Shown here: one piece after another, positions 1-8,921 of the stretch | How the letters are laid out: each line of letters opens with the position of its first letter | How positions within the stretch are numbered: position 1 is the first letter of the stretch | Virus record (IMG/VR): IMGVR_UViG_3300020045_006524 | Coordinates: 1-34,743 of that record | DNA length: 34,743 nucleotides | Source of the DNA: a virus | Lineage: Duplodnaviria; Caudoviricetes | Strand: one strand, 5' to 3' | Translations under genes and position numbers: made by a program | Notes under the pieces: model-generated | The model's input: only the letters and a program-made list of their open reading frames with translations | Databases searched by the model: none | What the model was told of the DNA's origin: nothing

Positions 1-2
1 AC

Positions 3-98
3 AATGAGTACTCTATCTCACCAGCAGGTGGAATAACTGTTACCATTCCAGGGTTTGATGTTCACGATGGAAATAACTTCTTTTATATACTATACTAA
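3..98 (+). CDS. 3' end of an upstream gene truncated by the window edge (NEYSISPAGGITVTIPGFDVHDGNNFFYILY*)
   Basis: Open frame from 3 to TAA at 96-98; the stop overlaps the next ATG (TAATG). Confidence 0.6.
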   Translation, partial: NEYSISPAGGITVTIPGFDVHDGNNFFYILY

Positions 99-1051
99 TG
101 AGACAATTACTTACGATATTATTCATCTGCTTAGGATTATCAGCCTTTGCGCAGCCTGTGAAAGAGACTTCTCCTACATCTATTACGAGTCTTATACAGC
201 ATGGCATATTTGGTAGAAGCCTGGGTCTTCCTGTGGTTGCCGCCGTACCAACATTACGCCCTTCTCTTACAGCAGGTAAGGGAGTGGATAGTGTAGGAGC
301 TACTGTTTATTGTAAAGCAGATTCAAGTGTTTACAATTGGACCGGAACGCAGTGGAAGAAAAGTGGTGGTATCTCAGCCTTCACATTCACCCCGAACTAC
401 AACAATAAATTATTCTTACTCTACACAAACGGAGTGCTAACAGATTCAGTTCCATCCGGGGTGAAAGATGTGTACGGTATTAATGGCATAAGCGTAATAG
501 ATTCTATTGGTAATGTTTATATCAGTGGCAGTGGGTCGGGCTCTACAGACACTTCCCTTATTAGGGAGATTGTATCGGATTCGATAGCGGGTACATTAAA
601 TATCATTAATGATACATCTTATCGCTCAACAGAGCAACTAAACGATACGACTTTCAAGCAAAATAAAACGGTTACAAAAGGAACCGTTTTCATATTTGAG
701 CCTGGTAATATAGCTGCCCGGGATACCAACTACACATTGAAGCATTTACAAATAAATGTACAGACTTCTTCTTACACATTGCTGCTTTCAGATGATGGCA
801 AGATCATAAACATGAATGTAGGATCAGCCAATAATTTAACCGTTCCGGTAAATTCAAGTGTGCCCTTTCCCATTGGCACATCGGTTACCGTTGTGCAATA
901 TGGATCAGGTGAAACAACAATTAACCCTACCGTGGGTGTAACAGTAAGAACATCCGGTTCCCGCTATAAATTATTTGAGCAATACAGCACGGTGGTATTG
1001 ACAAAAATAGGAGTTGACGAATGGATTTTAAACGGAGATACAGAATTGTAA
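98..1051 (+). CDS. Signal-peptide-bearing tail-fibre-like protein
   Basis: N-terminal MRQLLTILFICLGLSAFA-Q; Gly/Ser/Thr-rich body; C-terminal ~100 aa (INVQTSSYTLLLSDDGKII...FPIGTSVTVVQYGSG...YSTVVLTKIGVDEWILNGD) resembles a recurrent phage fibre C-terminal module. Confidence 0.7.
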   Translation: MRQLLTILFICLGLSAFAQPVKETSPTSITSLIQHGIFGRSLGLPVVAAVPTLRPSLTAGKGVDSVGATVYCKADSSVYNWTGTQWKKSGGISAFTFTPNYNNKLFLLYTNGVLTDSVPSGVKDVYGINGISVIDSIGNVYISGSGSGSTDTSLIREIVSDSIAGTLNIINDTSYRSTEQLNDTTFKQNKTVTKGTVFIFEPGNIAARDTNYTLKHLQINVQTSSYTLLLSDDGKIINMNVGSANNLTVPVNSSVPFPIGTSVTVVQYGSGETTINPTVGVTVRTSGSRYKLFEQYSTVVLTKIGVDEWILNGDTEL

Positions 1052-1053
1052 TC

Positions 1054-3144
1054 ATGAAAAAACTAATCACAATATTATTTCTCATAAGTAGCTTTTGCGC
1101 CAATTGTCAATTGGTGAAGGGTGTTAGTAAAGTTCGCCGTGGTGTGGATGTATATGCCTACTCATTCGATGGTATAGATGCATCAATTACATTTCCTCAT
1201 AGTAGTGCGTTGAACTTTACCAATACGGACAAATGGACTTTTGAAACATGGGTAAACTTCCCTGATACAAATGGCGCAGTAAAATATCTTTACAGCAAAT
1301 TTGATGACGCTACCAGTAGAGGGATTCAGATATGCGGGAACGTTAGCAGGCTGAATATAAAAATACAAAATGGAGCCTCTAATAAAATTGACATAGCAAC
1401 AGCTCCATTTATTCTGAATGATATTTACGCTCTTGCACAGGATTGTCATTTTCCGGTAAATAAGTGGCTTCATATTATTATTAGTTACTCCGGTAATTCA
1501 TTGGCATCAGGAGTAAAGATTTATTTTGACGGTAAAGAGTATGTAACCCGTACAATCAATTCCAACACCTTGAGCGCTACTACTCAAAATACATCTTCTT
1601 TACTGATCGGCTCTAACGCTACCGTTTTTTCAGATCACAAGCAGGCTTTAACCAGAGTGTTCAATGATACATTGACATCAGTACAGATTGTTGCTCTTTA
1701 CAACTCCGGGAAGCCGAAATATACACATGGCCTCACAGGCTGCATATTTGAAATGAAAGTCAATGATGATGCCTTTGCATCAAACTTTATCGTGCTGGAA
1801 ACAGCAGGATCAAATAATGGTATAAGTGCCGGAATGTTATCAACACAAAAAGCAAGGTCAACAACTATAGACGGCTTGCTGGATATGGGTGTTCAAACTT
1901 ATACTGGAAATAATATCTATTATGAAACCTTTGCAAAAGCCGGAATGGAGCCTACATCAGCAGTAATGCATTCGCCTTTTTCGGATAAATTAAGAACACC
2001 CATCATTTACGATGCTTCAACAGGAAATACATTTATAGGCTGGCAGCAATCCCCAAATTTAGGGTACAACAGGAACAGCCGGTTACTATGTGTGATGCAC
2101 AATTCAAAGACAGTTACACCATCAGGAAGGGGGCATTTTTTAACACCAGGCGCAAACGATACACACTCTGCACCGGGAGTTTGCATCACGCCATCCGGGG
2201 AGGTTTTATTGGCACATGAGGAAAACCATAATTCACCGATTTATATCGAAAGAACTACCAATAAATCTGTTGGATCACTGGCTTCTATTTACACAATACC
2301 AAAGTATCACAGCTACCCAAATTTTGCTGTGATTGGATCGACAATATTTTTAGAATTGCGGGGATCTTTAACAAATGGCAATGGGCCACTGGAAGACGCA
2401 AGACTTTATAAAAGCACAGATAATGGCACTACCTGGGATGCAGGAATTAAATTTATAAGCACAGATTCTACCGTACTAGTTGAGCGGCCTTATGTTATGT
2501 CCGTGCATGATCCTGCAAAAATTTGTTATGTTATTACCATGCGAAACGATGGAGCCGGAAAGTTCACCCACATGTTTTATATAGAATCTTCAGACGGAAT
2601 AACATTCACTAATCGGAGTGGTTCATTTTCAAAAAATGTTGTCGCTGATGGTTTTATTACCAGGGCCGACCTTGTTAACTGTCGTGCAGATTTTGATCCT
2701 GCCAATGGCGATATACTTTGCAAGGCAGCAGTAAAAACGGCCACCGGAAATATCGTGTCAATCAATAATCATTCAACAACTGGCTACCGGATTACTTACT
2801 ACACTGGGGGAGTTTGGGCTACAAAAACTCTAAGCATCCCCACATATGTTGCAGCAGGACATGCTCCATCTTACAGAGCAGACTTCTTCGGACTATATTC
2901 TTATTCAGATACACATTTTGTTTTTTGGAGAATAGAAATAAGGGGCGGATTTAATGTGGTGGTTCAATATGAAACAACTGATTTTTTTGATACGATAGAT
3001 GCTGGAACAATTGTTAGCGCATCTAACAAAAATCACGAGCAATTGCAATGCACCTTTAATGTAACGGGAGCCGGTAAAATAGTGATTGCAGCAAACGTTT
3101 TGGGAGAATACAACAATTTATTTATTTACGAATACACACCTTAA
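1054..3144 (+). CDS. Secreted LamG/concanavalin-like plus BNR-repeat (sialidase-like propeller) protein; putative receptor-binding protein
   Basis: Start moved to MKKLITILFLISSFCANC-Q at 1054; LamG-like motifs (WTFETWV, WLHIIISY, IYFDG, LTSVQIVALYN); Asp-box repeats (YKSTDNGTTW, IESSDGITF). Confidence 0.7.
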   Translation: MKKLITILFLISSFCANCQLVKGVSKVRRGVDVYAYSFDGIDASITFPHSSALNFTNTDKWTFETWVNFPDTNGAVKYLYSKFDDATSRGIQICGNVSRLNIKIQNGASNKIDIATAPFILNDIYALAQDCHFPVNKWLHIIISYSGNSLASGVKIYFDGKEYVTRTINSNTLSATTQNTSSLLIGSNATVFSDHKQALTRVFNDTLTSVQIVALYNSGKPKYTHGLTGCIFEMKVNDDAFASNFIVLETAGSNNGISAGMLSTQKARSTTIDGLLDMGVQTYTGNNIYYETFAKAGMEPTSAVMHSPFSDKLRTPIIYDASTGNTFIGWQQSPNLGYNRNSRLLCVMHNSKTVTPSGRGHFLTPGANDTHSAPGVCITPSGEVLLAHEENHNSPIYIERTTNKSVGSLASIYTIPKYHSYPNFAVIGSTIFLELRGSLTNGNGPLEDARLYKSTDNGTTWDAGIKFISTDSTVLVERPYVMSVHDPAKICYVITMRNDGAGKFTHMFYIESSDGITFTNRSGSFSKNVVADGFITRADLVNCRADFDPANGDILCKAAVKTATGNIVSINNHSTTGYRITYYTGGVWATKTLSIPTYVAAGHAPSYRADFFGLYSYSDTHFVFWRIEIRGGFNVVVQYETTDFFDTIDAGTIVSASNKNHEQLQCTFNVTGAGKIVIAANVLGEYNNLFIYEYTP

Positions 3145-3146
3145 AA

Positions 3147-4352
3147 ATGAAAAGAATAATTACAGCCTTATTGCTATTCAGCAGTTTTCTAACTTTTGGG
3201 CAAATTGACACTATAAGAATAAAGACAGGGTTACTTATTGATACTATTCCCATGAGCGATAGGATTGATACCAAGTTCAATATTGTTGATACAACTGGTA
3301 AATGGGTATACACAGTTATTAAAATAAATGATAGCACCATCCGTGTTGGTAAGGGCGGAAGTTTTACGGACTTGTTAATTAGAGGTAATGGCGCAGGCGG
3401 TAGCGGTGGTGGAACTATTGCGCAATTCTTAGCATCAGCATTTGATACAAGCCATATTTATAGAAACTGGGGCTGGCTTGGTATTGGAGATACGGCAAAA
3501 TCAAAACTTACCATCACAAGTAAAGCAATAGGCGTATTGCCCTCTGGCAGCACGATATCTGATACAAGTGCTATCGTTATAGAAAACACTACTCCTGCAA
3601 CCAATGGTAATCAGCAGCAGTCCCCTGAGATATACTTAGATGGGCAGGGATTCCCTACAACATTAGGAGTTAGCAAGCGTGTAAGATTTGGGATAAGAGT
3701 TGTGCCAGTACAGGGAACTACTATTCCATCGGGGAGTTTAATTATTAGGACCGCTATAAATGCAACTAATTCAAATAGTCTAAACGACATCTTTATTTTA
3801 GGTAACGGCGGTACATTAACTCTGGCTGGGTCAGCAGCGGATCTTAATTGTCGAAATATCAGTCTTACTGGAAATATCTCGGCCGTATCTGCGGTGTTAA
3901 ACGGTGTAAGTTCATTAGGCTTTACAAATACAACAACTGTAGTAAAAGGCTGGAATTTAGTCACTACAGCTACATCAGCTGGAGTGCCTGTTAGGTACGG
4001 ATTAGGGTATTTTTCACAAGGCCATGTTTGGAACACCACAACTGCCGCTGATAATTTTGCAACTTTCGGATGGTATGTAAAACCTGTAAGTGGTGCTATA
4101 CCTACGGCGACTTATGTTTTGCAAGGAGGTGTTAATAATGTGGGAACTTCTTCTGATATACTCTCAGTTACAGAAGGTGGGGCATTAATTCTAAAAGAAT
4201 ACACTGTTGCTACATTGCCAACTATTGCATCAGGCACTGCTTATGCAACTGTAAGCGATGCAACATCACCAACTTATTTAGGAACGCTTACTGGTGGAGG
4301 GGCTGTTAAATGTCCTGTATTTTATAACGGTTCAGCATGGGTAAGTCATTAA
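3147..4352 (+). CDS. Signal-peptide-bearing tail-fibre/spike-like protein
   Basis: MKRIITALLLFSSFLTFG-Q; Gly hinge GNGAGGSGGG; C-terminal YTVATLP...VSDATSPTYLGTLTGGGAVKCPVFYNGSAW resembles phage tailspike C-terminal modules. Confidence 0.7.
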   Translation: MKRIITALLLFSSFLTFGQIDTIRIKTGLLIDTIPMSDRIDTKFNIVDTTGKWVYTVIKINDSTIRVGKGGSFTDLLIRGNGAGGSGGGTIAQFLASAFDTSHIYRNWGWLGIGDTAKSKLTITSKAIGVLPSGSTISDTSAIVIENTTPATNGNQQQSPEIYLDGQGFPTTLGVSKRVRFGIRVVPVQGTTIPSGSLIIRTAINATNSNSLNDIFILGNGGTLTLAGSAADLNCRNISLTGNISAVSAVLNGVSSLGFTNTTTVVKGWNLVTTATSAGVPVRYGLGYFSQGHVWNTTTAADNFATFGWYVKPVSGAIPTATYVLQGGVNNVGTSSDILSVTEGGALILKEYTVATLPTIASGTAYATVSDATSPTYLGTLTGGGAVKCPVFYNGSAWVSH

Positions 4353-4353
4353 A

Positions 4354-4434
4354 ATGAGATTTATCCTTACCATATTACTCTTTCCAATCATGCTAAACGC
4401 ACAGGACACAACCTATGCAGAGCAGCATAAATAA
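4354..4434 (+). pseudogene. 26-codon ORF made of a signal peptide plus 10 residues (MRFILTILLFPIMLNA-QDTTYAEQHK); probable remnant of a deleted cassette gene
   Basis: Read directly from the sequence (below the ORF-track cutoff); fills the gap between flanking genes; same signal-peptide-plus-Q layout as neighbours. Confidence 0.55.
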
Positions 4435-4440
4435 AACAAC

Positions 4441-4836
4441 ATGGAAAATTTAACCTGGCCGATCGTTGGCTTCATTATAACAATGCTATTCAGGCTTAAT
4501 CAGGATAGAAATACCATCCTAAACGGGAAAAATGTAAATCATTTATTAATGAATTTTATTTGTGCTGTACCGTTGGGTTTTGTCGTGTACGGATTTGCAA
4601 AAGCAGGCATAGCAGGATGGTTAATAAGTGCCGGAATGGTTTGTTCTGTTTGGTTTCTTTTATTCGATTTCCTGTTTAATAAAATACGGAGCCTTGAATG
4701 GTTTTGGAATGGCAATCAAATCGGTAAAAAGGCAGCATTTACAGACCGGATATTGAGAAAGATTCCTGCCATTTGGCAGTTGGTTTTAAAAGCTGGATTA
4801 GCTGCATTATTCATTATACTTTATATCGTTTTATGA
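4441..4836 (+). CDS. Small multi-pass membrane protein
   Basis: About four hydrophobic segments in 131 aa. Confidence 0.7.
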   Translation: MENLTWPIVGFIITMLFRLNQDRNTILNGKNVNHLLMNFICAVPLGFVVYGFAKAGIAGWLISAGMVCSVWFLLFDFLFNKIRSLEWFWNGNQIGKKAAFTDRILRKIPAIWQLVLKAGLAALFIILYIVL

Positions 4837-5225
4837 AAAAAATATTAGACGCAAGCGGATGGATTTTATTTATCATTTTCCTGATGTTTGGAATGGCTTC
4901 ACAAGGGCAAACAACGGCACAGCAATTATCTGCATTAAAAGCGCAGGACGTTATCATCAATAAGTCGATAGCAGAACTAAACGCAGCAATAGTTAAGCTA
5001 TTGGCAATAGTAGCTGAACAGGATGCGAAGATTGCAGCAATGCCCGCATGGAATCCTATACCTCAAAGTAATGCGTGGTTCACGGATAGCGTAAGGCCAT
5101 ACCGTATAGACCTACTATACAGAATTGAAAAAGTGCAAAGTGCAATACCTTCTTACCTGACTTTGTATATCGACACAATGACCGGATTGAAATTTAAAAA
5201 AGACACTTTATACTTTAAGAAATGA
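4833..5225 (+). CDS. Secreted or membrane-anchored coiled-coil protein
   Basis: Start moved to 4833 (ATGA overlap with previous stop); MKKILDASGWILFIIFLMFGMASQG-Q then a heptad-like helix. Confidence 0.65.
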   Translation: MKKILDASGWILFIIFLMFGMASQGQTTAQQLSALKAQDVIINKSIAELNAAIVKLLAIVAEQDAKIAAMPAWNPIPQSNAWFTDSVRPYRIDLLYRIEKVQSAIPSYLTLYIDTMTGLKFKKDTLYFKK

Positions 5226-8212
5226 AAATATTAATTACAATATTTAGCTTGTTCGCATTAAGCTGTTCAGCACAGGTACAATTGAAATTACAGGCTGGTA
5301 CTTACACGCCTCCTTATGTTCCCCCAACTCCTGTGCCAGGTAACACCGGGGCCTTTGCATTTACTTTAGGTAGCCAATTAAAGACATCAGCAGGGGTATT
5401 TCGCAATGATTCAATTCTTGTAAAAACTCTTTGGAATGACGAAAGCTATTCAGCCGGTACCTATACAAAATATTGGGATGGTACAGACGATTACGGCAAT
5501 GTAATTCCTTCGCCGGACGCAAACTACAAAGTGAAAGTATTGAGCAATAATGTGGCCCATACTTGGCAGGGTACAATCGGTAATACATCGGATTCAATGA
5601 CAGGATCAACTAAGCATCGGGGATATTATTACTGTATGCGTGGTTTAGTTTTCGCCGGGTCATACGGATATTTTTGCACCGGGTATTCAGAGGGTGGCCC
5701 GTCCATTGCAAAGTTCAATATCGCCACTCCAAACCAAAAGATTCAATTCTTTTCAGGTAACGCAAATTACAAGGCAGATAATAATTACGTAGCAACTGAT
5801 GGCACTAAAATATATTGGGGAGCATTCGATTCTAACAGTCCGAACAACACTTTTGTCTATGCGACAAATACAAGCGATGCCCTTGTAACTTTTAGTTCAG
5901 GTTCAGATTATATTATCACATACGGGAATGGTCAGACCTACAATTGCATTTCAAAATTAAACACAGCCAACTCTCTAATCACAGGGCTGGCAGTTCAAAG
6001 AACAGGTAATTATTTATTTGTGTCACGGGCTGCATTGAATCAATTACAGGTGCTTAACAAGAACACTGGTGCATTGGTGTCAACATTAACCTTTTCAAGT
6101 CCTACCGGCTTATGTGTCGATTCAAATGATAACCTTTGGATGACAGTTGCCGGGGCAGTTGGTAAGTATTATGTATCAGGTGCCGGCGTGGTTTCTTCGC
6201 AGGTTCTTGCATTGAGCGGAACGGATAATCCATTGGCTATTTCATACGGAAATAACAGAATAGCAGTGTGTAACGCAGGCACTTCACAGCAGGTCCAATT
6301 CTATGACACATCAGGCGTATTGCAAAGTACATTGGGCAGCGCCGGCGGGTATGCAACAAGTTCGGTAGTGAGTAATTCAAAGTTTTATTTCAGCGATGCG
6401 ATAGGTAACAAATTACCATTCGTAGCTTACCAATCAGATAATTCATATTGGGTAAATGATCCTGGGAACTTCCGGGTGCAGCATTACAATTCATCAAATG
6501 TTTTCGTAAATCGTGTGATGAATTTAGGTTCAACTTATTCCGTTTATCCTGATAAAAATAATATCAACCGGATCTTTGCCGGTTACCTGGAATTTAGTAC
6601 TGATTACACAACATTAACTGGATCTTCAGGATGGGCACTTACAAACAACTGGGGCGCAACGGTCAGTAATCTGTACGATGGGTTTGGACAAATGAGATTT
6701 CAAACAACGCTAAGTAATGGCAGGACATACGGAGTAATTCGCATTGGTAGCACTTATGAAATAGTGGAGTTAGTAGCCGGGGGGCAAACAAGATTTACAG
6801 GAGTTCTAGTTTCATTGTCAAAAATACTTTGTGATGATGGTAGTTTGCAGGATTACACAGAGAGCGGTGGCACTGCAACGCTAAGGCGATACCCGTTATC
6901 GGGCTTTAGTTCTAATAATCCAACATGGAGTAGCACAGGCGAAGTATTAGCCATTTTGCCCTACGGGAACAACCCGGTTACATATCCAAACAGTCAGGCA
7001 TTTTCAGGGCATAGGGTAGCATTTTTCAATTACAATTCATATCAATCCAACAGCGGGCCGGTTTATACAACAGGGTACCATTTATCAGGATCAACACGGG
7101 GCAGCAGCTCTACATTATTCAATACAGAAAAATCAACGCATCGTAATTACGAAGGCGGCTATCCCGGTGCAGGCTGGTTCGATATCGGAAACGGAGTTAA
7201 TAACTATGCGGGTGGATCAATGAGCATTTCAGGCACAAATATTTTCACATCTTATCATGGGGAATTTTGGAAAAACGGCCAAACAAATAAATTTAACCAT
7301 TATTATAAAAACGGGTTAGCTATCGGGCAATTTGGTACAACCCGGTTCGATGTAGGATTTCTTAACCATGCAGCCGAAGGAATGGCAGGGAACGCTTTAA
7401 CTCCGGTTTACATTTCAGCAGGTACGGATTCAGGTTATATGTATCATGGTGATGAATCAGACCATTCAAGTTTGCACAGGTGGAAGGTCTCAGGATTAAA
7501 TACAATTGCGGAACAATCCAGCAGCGTAGCATTCCCATCGGCTTACGTTGCACCGGCTTTGGGATATACCAATCTAATGGCCGGATTGCCTTTTGATTCA
7601 GATATTTCAACAGTTGGATTATGGAGTAAATCTGGTACAGGGTTAAGCGTTAAGACTTCAAGATTCAGTTACGACAAGTTGAAAGATAATGATGTACTTA
7701 TGTCATATTCTAATCCAAATACGTCTGCTGCATCAGCTACTCAAACGGTGTCCCTGGGTACCAATAACGTGACTACTAACTGGAAATTAACTGGCAGTAT
7801 TGCATACCCTGTGAACGCTGCTAATTATGGCCCAACGGCTCAGTACTTTGAAGTACTGGATGCGTTAGGTAAAGTACTTACTACATTCTACCCAATCCGG
7901 GATTTATCAGCATACCCATCTATCAATTATCGTTTGAAAGCAAATACATTGACGCTGATAAACATTACAGAAACAGGCGGAACATTTAACAGCTTACTGA
8001 AAGATTTGAAACCGTTTGAGATCAATTGTGTTGGTGGCTCGATAACATTCACTTATGGTAGCTATACAGGTACTACTACAATAAGCGATGGCACTGGAAA
8101 CTGGCGTACACCCACAACAGTACGGTTCAGATTTACAACAGTAGTAAGCGGTAGCCCTGTTGAAGGCGCAAATGTTACAGTACAAAATTTGAAACTTTAT
8201 AAAGAATATTAG
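5222..8212 (+). CDS. Large secreted protein with FlgD-like Ig domain and beta-propeller (NHL-like) repeats
   Basis: MKILITIFSLFALSCSA-Q; Pro linker; FlgD-Ig-like LVKTLW...AGTYTKYWDGTDDYGN; propeller repeats (PTGLCVDSNDNLW, PLAISY, VNDPGNFRVQHY). Confidence 0.7.
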   Translation: MKILITIFSLFALSCSAQVQLKLQAGTYTPPYVPPTPVPGNTGAFAFTLGSQLKTSAGVFRNDSILVKTLWNDESYSAGTYTKYWDGTDDYGNVIPSPDANYKVKVLSNNVAHTWQGTIGNTSDSMTGSTKHRGYYYCMRGLVFAGSYGYFCTGYSEGGPSIAKFNIATPNQKIQFFSGNANYKADNNYVATDGTKIYWGAFDSNSPNNTFVYATNTSDALVTFSSGSDYIITYGNGQTYNCISKLNTANSLITGLAVQRTGNYLFVSRAALNQLQVLNKNTGALVSTLTFSSPTGLCVDSNDNLWMTVAGAVGKYYVSGAGVVSSQVLALSGTDNPLAISYGNNRIAVCNAGTSQQVQFYDTSGVLQSTLGSAGGYATSSVVSNSKFYFSDAIGNKLPFVAYQSDNSYWVNDPGNFRVQHYNSSNVFVNRVMNLGSTYSVYPDKNNINRIFAGYLEFSTDYTTLTGSSGWALTNNWGATVSNLYDGFGQMRFQTTLSNGRTYGVIRIGSTYEIVELVAGGQTRFTGVLVSLSKILCDDGSLQDYTESGGTATLRRYPLSGFSSNNPTWSSTGEVLAILPYGNNPVTYPNSQAFSGHRVAFFNYNSYQSNSGPVYTTGYHLSGSTRGSSSTLFNTEKSTHRNYEGGYPGAGWFDIGNGVNNYAGGSMSISGTNIFTSYHGEFWKNGQTNKFNHYYKNGLAIGQFGTTRFDVGFLNHAAEGMAGNALTPVYISAGTDSGYMYHGDESDHSSLHRWKVSGLNTIAEQSSSVAFPSAYVAPALGYTNLMAGLPFDSDISTVGLWSKSGTGLSVKTSRFSYDKLKDNDVLMSYSNPNTSAASATQTVSLGTNNVTTNWKLTGSIAYPVNAANYGPTAQYFEVLDALGKVLTTFYPIRDLSAYPSINYRLKANTLTLINITETGGTFNSLLKDLKPFEINCVGGSITFTYGSYTGTTTISDGTGNWRTPTTVRFRFTTVVSGSPVEGANVTVQNLKLYKEY

Positions 8213-8213
8213 G

Positions 8214-8522
8214 ATGGAGCCAATTATAAAAACATTACTTGGACAGGGTACTATGGCAGCACTTTTCATATCCAGTTTATTGGTAGCGTTTGTGCTATTT
8301 ACTCGCTGGGCTGTGAAACTGCTGGATGAGCAGAAGGAGATGAACATCGCTCAGCTTAAGATTAAAGATGCAAGGATTGAAAAGCTTGAAGGGGAAATGA
8401 AAGAGATACAGAACTACGTGAAGAATGAGCTCCATGATACCATCGTAGCTACTCAAAAGATTATGGTACAGATCAATGACAACTTCATCCGTATGGAGAA
8501 ATACTTTAACAATTTAAACTAA
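8214..8522 (+). CDS. Holin-like protein (single TM plus coiled coil)
   Basis: One N-terminal TM segment and a charged coiled-coil tail; first gene of the lysis cluster. Confidence 0.5.
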   Translation: MEPIIKTLLGQGTMAALFISSLLVAFVLFTRWAVKLLDEQKEMNIAQLKIKDARIEKLEGEMKEIQNYVKNELHDTIVATQKIMVQINDNFIRMEKYFNNLN

Positions 8523-8528
8523 CGAACT

Positions 8529-8921
8529 ATGAACCAGCAAGCATTATTTCTACTCACCGGATTAGCCGGTTTCTTATTCCACAGCTTAGTTAAGCTTAAG
8601 TCATTGAAAGACGACTGGACAGCTGCTGCTGATAGCTCAAGCAGACCATTCAACGTATGGACGGACTATGTAGTGAAGGACATTTTTGGCATTTTGGCTG
8701 CATTGTTCTCACCTCTTATATGGCTTCTGCTGTTTGGTGAAATAGCGGCTAAGTACACTGCTCTACAAGAGTTCTCATTGACTTCCTTCTTCGTAATGGG
8801 AGCTCTCGGTAGCTACATATTGCAGCTGATACTTGGCCGGGCTAAAAAAGGCATCCGCAAAGTAGTAGATGAGAAAACAACTGAATTACATGCCCTTAAA
8901 GATCAAAGCAATGAAAACTAA
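8529..8921 (+). CDS. Putative holin (3 TM segments)
   Basis: Three hydrophobic helices and a basic C-terminal tail (GRAKKGIRK); adjacent to the spanin. Confidence 0.55.
   Translation: MNQQALFLLTGLAGFLFHSLVKLKSLKDDWTAAADSSSRPFNVWTDYVVKDIFGILAALFSPLIWLLLFGEIAAKYTALQEFSLTSFFVMGALGSYILQLILGRAKKGIRKVVDEKTTELHALKDQSNEN

Noticed and set aside
98-8212. Diversity-generating retroelement or invertible shufflon acting on the fibre genes
   Set aside because: No reverse transcriptase or recombinase in the window, all cassette genes share one orientation, and no template/variable repeat pair was noticed by eye; a self-dotplot would be needed to exclude it fully
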